A stretch of 64,000 nt of DNA from the NCBI GenBank assembly GCA_964016885.1, contig OZ024743.1, positions 9,796,001-9,860,000 on the forward strand. The letters are read 5' to 3'. Under the pieces are notes generated by a model. It did not search any database. It was not told where the DNA came from and was given only the letters and a program-made list of their open reading frames with translations. The translations under genes and the position numbers were made by a program. This DNA comes from Eledone cirrhosa (lineage: Eukaryota). This document shows, in pieces, positions 27,700 to 37,522 of the stretch (the stretch's first letter is position 1; every line of letters starts with the position of its first letter).

Positions 27700-30600
27700 G
27701 GCAGTAAGGTACCTTAAGGCACTGATATAACAACTAATGAAAATGTATCATGGAATGGTCAGAAATTCCGTTTTTTCACAGCTCAAAACTATACCCCAAT
27801 CTTTGTTGTATACAAAATTGCATTGCTGCCACAGATGAGTGCAAGCTGACCATAATCGTTGTTCTTATATTTGATCGTTCATTAAATTGTATATTTTCTT
27901 CTATTCCCCTCAAAAAGTATTTCGCATAATTTGTTTTGGGCCAGTCATCTGAAAGAGACTGCATATATGACCTTTGCATATTGGTAAAATTTCCAGTGTA
28001 CGTCTTTAAGTCTTTGGAGTCCTGGTAGTTAAACACTGTAGAGGTGGTGAGAGGAGGTAAATACCAAAGTTTGTGGTAGGATTGAAGAAGCAGAGATGAG
28101 CAGAGAATACTGAGTACATAGAACAAAGTGAGTGTATGCATGTGTAAAGTACAGGGATCATTGTTTTCAGTCAGTCGGATTAGTTAATTCTAAAAGATGT
28201 CTCGGAAGTGTGTGAACATAGATTTAGCCCCCAGATGTGGGAGTACAATTTCATTGCAAGTCATAGTGAACGTCGTAGAGAATCAGCAACAGATCAGTGT
28301 CGCAGTCAAGTTGTTACATCTATATGACTGGAATATTTTGGGAGCAATATTAAGATTCTTCATTGCAAAACCAACTCAAAATATACAAACATTTAATCGA
28401 TATATAATAGAATATCAAATTTAATATATATTTGTTTTTTTATCATAAATATTTCGAAGCACCAAATTTACGAAGCTTTAAATCACGATTTAACATAAAT
28501 TGTCTCCTGTTAATTTGCTTCCAAATTTATATTCAATCTTAAGACGAAACTTGCACAGGCACACACATACAAATTGACACACACACAAACAAACAAATAC
28601 ACACACACACACACACATATAATATATATATTACTTATGGCCTCAATACAACTTTGTGTTTGATGTGACAAGTGTTGTATATATATGTAAATTTAAGAAA
28701 GATAAAATTACATACATAATTAAACCATGCCAAAGCTCCTCTATACCCTTAGCAGCGCTCCGTGCTACACTCACACATCTCTCGTCGCTGACCTCGATAA
28801 TTGTATCCGAGAAGCAGCCGAGGAGATATGCAACGTCATGTTTGGCGTCATTGAATGGCAACAGGCCACTTTACCTGTCAGGTATGGCAGCCTGGGCCTC
28901 CGGTCCCCGATCTCACTGGCTTTGCCGGCGTATCTTTCATCGGTAACCTCGTGCCGCGTCCTCGTCAGCAGGGTTCTCCAAAACACAATAGAACCCTCTG
29001 TGTTCAGAGAACGTGAGACGCCTGTGAGACGTGGGACCGACTGGGACTCAGCCCAGTAGACGTCCCTCCTTCTTCTCCTCTTGTTGATGCCAAGTGCCCC
29101 CAAAGCACTTGGGATGCCATCCAGTGCAGCCTGGCCTCAGAGAGGTTCACGCGCCAGCTCGACCAGCACCGCCTTGCCTGTTTTCGTGCAGCCTCCAAAC
29201 CCCACAGTGGTGCCTGGCTCCATGCCCTGCCCTCCTTCTCCACTGGAATGCAGCTAGACAATAATAGCCTGCGCATTGGCGTTTCCTTCAGGCTCGGTCT
29301 CCGGATCTGCGAGCCACACCAATGTCGCTGCGGTTCCATCGTGGACCATTTCGGCCTCCAACCGCTTTCCTGTCGCCACAGTTCCGGCTGCCTTCCACGC
29401 CATGCTGCCCTCAACGAGGTCATAAAGCATGGCTTGGACGCTGCAGGCTTCCCTTCCCAGCTCGAGCCGGTGGGGCTGGACCGAGGGGAGAGCAAAAGGC
29501 CAGATGGCATGACCATCTTCCCGTTCCGTGGTGGTAAACCTCTCGTCTGGGATGCCACCTGCACCTTAACTTCCTGCAGCCGCAACCTTGTGTAGTCTGT
29601 GATTAACCCGGGTTCTGTCGTACGTCGGGCTGAGGAGGCTAAACTCCTCAAATACCGGTCGCTCTCCGACAGGTTTGCGGTTGTACTCTTGGCAGTGGAG
29701 ACTTCTGGTGTCCTTGGCCCTAGGGCTACCTCCCTACTCACCACCATAGGCGCTGAGCTGGCCAGCCGCAGGTGTGAGCCCCGCGAGTCGGAGTGGCTTT
29801 TCCAGCGCGTCTCCCTTGCTGTCCTCCGGGGAAACGCCTTCTCCATTCTGACCACCGGGGCTGTGGCGGGGCCCCATCACGTATCATCCCATATTTAGTT
29901 GTGGTCGGCGTGTGTGTGTTTGTATATATTGCTTTTGTTTTCATTCAGCATCATGTTATTCTTCATTGCTTTTCTCTACTAATGAATTATATTTGGAAAA
30001 AGAAAATAAACCTCATATTAAACCATAGTTTTGACGTTAGGCAGCGAAAGTGGTGTAAGTCGACGCTTGACTTCTGTTCTGATTCAGGGGAAAGTAGTTC
30101 TATAGAACCTCAAGAAAAAATATGAGCTTGTGGCGGCAATCCGTAACTGATTCGTTGCTTTATTCGATATTGGGGTACAATGACAGGTGAGATAATGCAT
30201 CTGTACTTTATATAACAGAGCATATATGAGGCTAGTGTTCTACTCTTAATCTATTGATTATAGAATGAGCTTAGAGCATGCTGTGACGATGATGAAACAA
30301 GCTGTTGTCCTGCGGGGATTCTGAAATACTAATAAAAGAAAAGTTACCTGGTACAACCCACTATATAATATTTGTGTAAAACTAAAATAGCGCAAAACTC
30401 CCTCGAACATCTAAGAAAAGAGCTTTTTATCAGAGTAGCAGGTAAAAAAACGAATATGTTTAATGCCATCCATATACATAATTCCTATATAACGATACCA
30501 TACTTTGATCCAACAAGCAACAGTTTCCTCGTCATATGTGTTCCTTTAGACAATATTTTATTTTCATCTAAAGTAATGCAGGTGGAAATAAGCTCATCAG

Positions 30601-31600
30601 CTTCGAACATATACTGAAGTCTATTAAATATTTTGAGTTCTAATTCTCTCGTTTTTACACACAAACAAATGGCTTTATAGATACTATCGACTGCCATATT
30701 ATATGTATTGTATTTACCCCAAAATTGAATTAGCTGTTAATATTGGAATACATTCTGAGAATCCAGATATGAAAATGAAGTCCATAAATATAGTTTATGT
30801 AGAAAGAAAACAAAATGAATTATCTGCATAGAACACGGTTAATGGACGTTTCAGATATCTGTTGTCGGTAATGTCTTACCTGGAAATGGCATAAACTCAA
30901 TAAATACTCTGTTTGTCTGTTACAGTTCTGGCACGGATCTCGTCTGTGTACAGATTGCTGTCCATTATTAAACAAATACGTCATAGCATGAGACAACAAT
31001 AGAAGACGTAAATTTGAGCGTCTTCCAAATCCATCTCCAAAACTATATCTCATAGAAATTATGTATTAATAAAAATATTATTGATAATAAAATATACAGA
31101 TAATTTTCATCATATATACATTAAATAAGAATCGGAAAATATCAAGGGATTTATACGATTAATTGGACATTATCAAGACAACTCAAGATATTTCCAAGCA
31201 AACATCCATAAGTGTACGACAAAATGCAAAGTACTTGCGGGAAATGGTGCTACTAAGCTAGTACATGCAAAGACATTCCTCATACAACAAATAAATATAT
31301 GAAGTCGCATTAATACAAATTGAAATTCCAATAATCAACATTTCCAAACCCTACCAACTCACCCTGTCTTAGTGTTCGTTTTAGCTCAGCGCTTATCCCT
31401 TAGGTTTTTTTCCTTGTACAAGATTACCATAAAATATTTCATTGAGAGGCCTTGCGTCAAGATACCCTATTCAGCGCATTTGACACTTAATGACAATATA
31501 ACTGCTTGTAGAGTCCCCATCCGATCTCTGTAAAACCTCTGCATTAGATGTTTGGTGAGCCCCATGCTTTAGTTTATCATGCTGGTAGAGCAATAATGGA
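27700..31600 (-). mobile_element. Ancient CR1/L2-like LINE RT remnant, interrupted by a CRE element
   Basis: Degraded motifs in the expected order on the minus strand: YLxxN..RxxC (~30950), VDxIY..LL..YGI (~30490-30690), GIPQG..LFII-like (~30300), TLF..LW..MQxL C-terminal pattern (27800-28140). Confidence 0.5.
28720..29900 (+). mobile_element. CRE-clade non-LTR retrotransposon, 5'-truncated: RT tail, zinc knuckle, restriction-like endonuclease
   Basis: QATLPVRYGSLGLRS, SGAWLHALP, CRCG..C..RHAALN, RPDG, WDATC, EEAKLLKY, AVETSG, QRVSLAVLRGNA; frameshift and an in-frame stop (~29593). Confidence 0.9.
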
Positions 31601-31654
31601 TTTTTCTCGGCCTTGAGTTATCACTAGCGCTCTTCCACCATTTCTCCTATAATG

Positions 31655-31869
31655 ATTTCTAGTATAGGCACAAGGCCAGTAATTTAGGGGAGTGGAAAGT
31701 CGATTAAATCGACCCCAGTACGTTACTGGTGTTTTATTTTATCGACCCCGTAAGGATGAAAGGCAAAGTTAGCCTGGGCGAGATTTGAACTCAGACCATA
31801 AAGGACCGTAACTCTATGCTGCAAAGCATGGTGTCCGACTCTCTACCGATACTGCCAATCCACCGCCCT
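31655..31869 (-). mobile_element. SINE, tRNA-headed family
   Basis: Full reverse-complement match to the other copies. Confidence 0.88.
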
Positions 31870-32336
31870 CAATGGCTTGAATTTCACCTATGATGCAAAC
31901 CATCTCTTCTATGTATTTTGTAGACGTGTTTTTACATTTTCCCTTTGTGCACCTTAAGACATATTCGACATTTCTTGTTTTACGCTTTGTTAATGGTGTT
32001 GGCATCTATATAATTTCTATCCTGATAAGGGCCTTTATGGGAAATCCTGGCTTTTCTACTATCTAAACTTTTAATTTTAATTTATTTAAAACACTAGTTC
32101 GGTTCTGGGGGTAGCACCAACAAACATCAACCTCAGAAACAAATAGTTCAGAAAATGTTTAGTGGAAAGATACAAACAGCACAGGTTAAAGGAAACAGGA
32201 ACATATATGGAGTTGCATAACTGCTGTCGATTAGCCAACATATCGATAAAATCTTAATCTACATTGCCCATTGAAACGATCGTAGAACGATGGAGTAATT
32301 AAGTACTAAATCTTCTTGTCTTATTTGTTTTCATTC

Positions 32337-32534
32337 GGTGGATTGGCAGTATCGGTAGAGGGTTGGACGCCATGCTTTCCAGCATAGTTACGTCCCTTTA
32401 CGATCTGAGTTCAAATCCCGCCGAGGTTGACTTTGCCTTTCATCCTTACGGGGTCGATAAAATAAAGTACCAGTAATGCACTGGGTATTTGCTGGCCTTG
32501 TGCCTAAAGTAGAAACAATTATTGAAATATATAT
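32337..32534 (+). mobile_element. SINE, tRNA-headed family
   Basis: Near-identical to the 6414 copy. Confidence 0.9.
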
Positions 32535-33593
32535 ACCAGATAGAAAAATGCGTACAGCAAAAAAAAGTAATATTGTTGGAATATAAACCTTTAAAAATAC
32601 AGGACAAGAAACTAAAATAAAACTTTAAAAGAATAGGACAAGAAACTAAGATAAAACTTTAAAAGAATAGGACAAGAAATAAAAAATTTTACAATAATAT
32701 TAGTGGCAAAATTGTTATTGGTAAAAAATCGAGTTCCACATTCATAGGCTCTGGGTTCCACATTCAGAGGTCGTCGTCAGACCGGGGGATCATTTGATCC
32801 TGGTTTGAACACCAATTGGGCCATAACCATACCCCTATTTCATCATTCGGCGACACGCCTCATGTGTCATGCATAATGTGAATGGACCCATGGGCCCATG
32901 AGCACAGATCTTGAGCAGCAGCGGACGGTCTTGTCGTCCCGCTCATCCTTGATCTTGACCAACCCGTCCATCTTCTCCTTGCATCTTGTCCTTGAGTTCA
33001 AGTCCGGCAATCCAGATGAATGCGTGCCACAGCTTTCTGGTACAGGAAGGGGGAGCAGGAGGACTGGAGGGATGACGGGACAGAGGGAGGGAGGACCGGT
33101 GATTGAGTGAGGTGCCGTAGTCGGTGGTCAGAGTCGACATCTTGTCCCGGTCGTCTTCTCCATCTTCGTCTGGTGTTGCGGGACCAGAAGTGCATTCTTG
33201 GAGGACACCTGCAGCTGCATCGGCCAATTCTTCTTGCAATGGTCATTCTGACGGAGCAGAACTGCTCAGCCAACCAACCCCAACCAGAACCAACCGCTCA
33301 GGGGCAACGCACAATTAGAGCATGACAATTATTATGCACTAATCAAGAAGATACTGGGGCATAGCACAGGAAACGAATAAAAAAATTTTGCCACTAATAT
33401 TATTGTAAAATTTTTTATTTCTTGTCCAATTCTTTAAAGTTTTATCTTAGTTTCTTGTCCTATTCTTTTAAAGTTTTATCTTAGTTTCTTGTCCTATTCT
33501 TTTAAAGTTTTATTTTAGTTTCTTGTCCTGTATTTTTAAAGGTTTATATTCCAACAATATTACTTTTTTTCTGTACGCATTTTTCTATCTGGT
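32535..33593. repeat. Long inverted repeat (arms ~180 and ~210 bp with 33-bp subrepeats) around a GC-rich insert
   Basis: 32535-32713 vs 33385-33593; subunit AGGACAAGAAACTAAGATAAAACTTTAAAAGAAT, one more copy in the right arm. Confidence 0.9.
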
Positions 33594-33866
33594 CTACTAT
33601 TTTTTAAGGCAATGCAAGCAACAACTATCTAATAATTAAATGATCATAGTGAATTACTGACAAGTGATTGACATTTTAAAGTTCTTTTGAGTATAATTGC
33701 AATCTAGTTGAGGCAACTGGCTTAATGACAAAGCTAGTAAATCATGAATGCATTTGAGATGATTAGTGCATAATAGTGAATTGGTGAAACTTGTGCATTT
33801 CAATGGTGTTACAACAATAGATGTAAGTTATATAGTAGTAATACTTTATCATTTTAACTTTTTAGA

Positions 33867-34226
33867 ATGGACAAAAGCCCATGCAAAGAAATGACTTTGA
33901 CTGCAGTGATTCTCTCCAATTTACTTACAAAGCAAAACGTGGTCAAATACCTTATCATCTCTGATAAAATGCCCATTGAATCACTGAAAATCGGATGCAT
34001 GGAATTCCTCATAAAATGCACCTATGAATCGGAAGCCATCCCATATATCAATGGATATAGGGAGTCGTTCACACTGGAAGACCATCGCTTCATTTGTGAC
34101 TTCATCAGTTATCTCCACGATTATCTCAGACACCCAATGCCATTGATGAGAGGTGATCCAATGTGTGAGCATGTAACTAATCTTATAGAAGTTGTTACCG
34201 ACCACCTGGCTTTTAGTGACATTTGA
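33867..34226 (+). CDS. 119-aa protein with a BACK/SPOP C-terminal-like motif
   Basis: Intact ORF; LxxxNVxxYLIISDxxxxxxLKxxCMEFL resembles the post-BTB BACK helices; preceded by a possible 43-nt intron (GTAAGT at 33823, TTTTAG ending 33865). Confidence 0.5.
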   Translation: MDKSPCKEMTLTAVILSNLLTKQNVVKYLIISDKMPIESLKIGCMEFLIKCTYESEAIPYINGYRESFTLEDHRFICDFISYLHDYLRHPMPLMRGDPMCEHVTNLIEVVTDHLAFSDI

Positions 34227-34406
34227 CTGATTTGACTGATAATGATGTATTTTTAAAAAGTATGTGTACATTCTTGTTACTATTTTAAGGCAATGCAAGC
34301 AACACCTATTTAATAAAATTTAAATTTAAAAATGACCATTGTGCATTACTAGTATGATGACATTTTATTAAGTCACAAAATTAGTCAGTCAGCCATAGAG
34401 CAAGGA

Positions 34407-35062
34407 TCATGTGGCAAAAATTTGTGTCAATTTAAGATTTCCAACATTGTTCAAATGAATCATATCTGGGTTGAAGTCAGATTTGTCAAATTTTGACCAA
34501 TTTTCAATGTTGTGAAGATTGGGCAAGTTCAATTTCTGAATCATTTCTTTCATGCAGTAATTAAACTTTTCCAAACGAGAATTTCTCTTGCCCAAGTCAT
34601 TTTTATCTTCAATTACACTTTGTGGACGTGGAATGACACCACTGTAGAAAATGGGTGTACAGTGGTGCTTTTCTGCTATTTTCGCCTTGCAAAGAAACTC
34701 TTCCCCTGTTTTTCCGGTTTTGTGCCTCGAATGGGCACTTTGTCCTTAATTTACAAATAAATGATTAATAAAAAATACTTGGGCAAAAAGTATTGTATTA
34801 CTTTGCACAGCTTTGTAGTGCCAACGGTGCGACGAGGATTCAGATCATTAGAGCCGACATGAACCACCAATACTTTCACAAAAGGACAACAGATAACAAT
34901 ATTGGCGATTAACATTACCTGGCCCTGACGGGCCCCAGGTATACAAAATATCTAAGTATTTTTGTTGGTATGATAAGTAAATACATTTGAATTAATATTT
35001 TTATACCTTCTGGTCATTCGATTTCGCCACATTTCTAATTATGGATTTGTAAAAACTTGCAT
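34407..35062 (-). pseudogene. Three-exon SGNH/GDSL esterase gene, with one clear and one probable 1-nt frameshift
   Basis: Exon 1 35062-35007 (..SIIRNV); intron 35006-34952; exon 2 34951-34802 (IPGA, VVHVGSND); intron 34801-34745; exon 3 34744-34407 (FYSGVIPR, DMIHLNNVG). All four SGNH blocks in order, GT-AG phase-0 introns. Confidence 0.8.
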
Positions 35063-35233
35063 GAATGTGAATTTGATCAGTCCAATTGCCCGATTTTAGT
35101 GAAAAGTTTTGATTCGAAATGGAAATACTCCATTTCCGTGCCATGGAAAAAATGAATAAGCCGATCAAAAAGCCGCGAAACATCATTTTTAATTAAGCGA
35201 AATTAGTGGATGCAAATCTCAGAAAATATTGTA

Positions 35234-35305
35234 CACTATTCGCACCTATCGCACTATTCGCACCTATCGGTACAAAAATATAGCGCACTATTCGCACCTA
35301 TCGGT
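35234..35305. repeat. CACTATTCGCACCTATCG, three copies
   Basis: Directly visible. Confidence 0.85.
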
Positions 35306-35758
35306 ACAAAAAATCGCACGACTGTTAATAATACTAGAAGTGCAAACTATCTGTTGAATACCTGGTATATGAAGAGCAACCGATATGATCGGTCGGCGAT
35401 CGGTCTTGAAGAAGAATGAAGAATGAAGTGAAATTTTGGTCTGGTTTTTGTCATCGGTGTTTCGCAGAGATGCCGGCACGAACAAAGGTGTCAGTGCCAC
35501 AAAGTTGTCCGCTTGAACAAAGGTGTCGGTCCGACAAAGGTGTCAGTCAGACAGACAGTCAGACAGTGTCACAGTCGGTGCGACAAAGCGATCGATGCGA
35601 TTAAAAAAAATTTAACTCACATGTTTACCTATATTTTCGCAAACTATTGATAGATTGGTACAAAAAATAGCTTTGATAATAAACATAAATTTTTAACGAA
35701 GTATTTAAAAAGCATTTTAGCAGTGAAAAGTGAAGTAATATTTCACACTGACGCAAGT

Positions 35759-35888
35759 AGGGCCGTTCAGAAATGACGTAGTCAATTAGGAGGAGGGGAT
35801 TCGGCGATTTGACTACATTTGACTAACGTAATCACAATCACAAGAGTTCCGCCGAAAAAAATTCGTCATTTCTGGATTACCTCCCCTA
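35759..35888. mobile_element. Short MITE, possibly PIF/Harbinger-like
   Basis: Imperfect TIRs AGGGCCGTTCAGAAATGACG and CGTCATTTCTGGATTACCT. Confidence 0.5.
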
Positions 35889-36141
35889 GCGTCACGCTTA
35901 GTACTCACTCACTTGAACACAAGATTTATCAGCAAACTTTGATTATAAACTTTTTCCCGCTGGACCAAATTTCTAGATTTTTAAGCCAAAAGATGCGTAA
36001 TGATCTACTGTTCATGCTCATATAAGTTTTATCTCAGTTAAATAAAGTAGAGCCGCGCTGTACTGTCGTAAACAGACGATTGCCAACGAAAACATGACCA
36101 CAACAATATTACTAAACGGACTACCGTCCGTTTAGTATATA

Positions 36142-36480
36142 CTGGCCTTGTGCCTAACGTAGAAACCATTATTGAAATATATATATAATAAAAAGTTTTT
36201 TTATATTTTATAAATAAAATAAAGTACCAGTAATACACTGGGTAATTTGCTGGCCTTGTGCCAAAAGTAGAAACAATTATTAGGGCGGTGAATTGGCAGT
36301 ATCGATAGATGGTTGGATGCTATGCTTTCCAGCACAGTTACGTCCCTTTACGGCCTGAGTTCAAATCCCGTCGAAGTTAACTTTGCCTTTCATCCTTACG
36401 GGGTCGATAAAATAAAGTACCAGTAATGTACTGGGTAATTGCTGGCCTTGTGCCAAAAGTAGAAACAATTATTGAAATAT
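36142..36480 (+). mobile_element. Two SINE 3' tails followed by a full SINE (36282-36480)
   Basis: CTGGCCTTGTGCC..TAGAAAC occurs three times. Confidence 0.85.
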
Positions 36481-36494
36481 ATATATATGCTATG

Positions 36495-37394
36495 CCCTTC
36501 CGACCACCTCTCAGCACCAACTGACCACAGCACTCCCACTGCTGACCACTTCCTGTTGCGCGCGCACCCCACATCTCTCCTCTTCCGACCACCGCTTCTT
36601 GGATTACCCACACGCGAAATAGACTTCTAACCAAAATCCCCAAACATCCGTGGAACTTACCAACTTTTCAACCATCCTCTTACACCATCACCTATATAAC
36701 TCACCCACACACACACCACAACAAAAAAAATTTGTTATCCACACGCCACCCACACCCACAACACGCTTAAACCACACACACGTGCTTCCCACCACATATT
36801 TACACCCTCAGCCTCCTGATTTCTCTCCCCCCCACCCCCTATCCACACACGCACAGACACTCCGACCCACAAAAACACCCCCCACACACACTTTCCTGAA
36901 CATGCAACCCCGTTCTTCCCCCAACCCTCACTTTCACATACACACACACACACACACACGCACACCTAACCACACACACCACGTTCAGCGCTCCCCGCTC
37001 GGACACCCCGTCTCCCTCTCCCCACTCCACCTGCCACCACCCCTACACCCCCCACACCCTTCCACCACCTGTTTACCCCCCTTTTAATTTCAGTTTATTT
37101 TGATCATGCCTTTATTTTTAAATTTTCTCATTCCTTGTATTTTGATCATGCTTTATTTTTATTTATTATATTTTTTGTCTTTATTTGTTAATCTTTCATT
37201 TGCACCGTTTCCTTTCGCTATATGTCTCTCCACCACTCCCCTACACACCTTTTGAACTCTGTTCCCACACACTTCTCTCCTGAAGAAGGGCTTATGCCCG
37301 AAACGTCGTCCCCCACCTACCCCCCACTCTCCTGAGCGTGAATTTAATAAACATTTATCGTACTGCCTCTCTGTTCTGTCCCTGTTCAATTTTC

Positions 37395-37398
<4 letters not shown>
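36495..37398 (+). mobile_element. Non-coding 3' portion of the same PLE family as 22028-23787, with hammerhead core
   Basis: Shared CTGACCACTTCCTGTTGC, CCCCGCTCGGACACCC and CGTACTGCCTCTCTG; CTGAAGAAGGGCTTATGCCCGAAACGTC at 37280-37307; flanked by TA repeats. Confidence 0.85.
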
Positions 37399-37466
<68 letters not shown>

Positions 37467-37484
37467 AACATACATACATATATA

Positions 37485-37522
<38 letters not shown>

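Noticed and set aside
27776-28141. 121-aa ORF with a signal-peptide-like N-terminus
   Set aside because: Better explained as the degraded C-terminal region of the CR1/L2-like RT
29004-29855. 283-aa minus-strand ORF
   Set aside because: Antisense shadow of the GC-rich CRE coding region
32600-35305. CRISPR-like short repeats (33-bp and 18-bp units)
   Set aside because: Tandem without unique spacers, no cas genes, eukaryotic context
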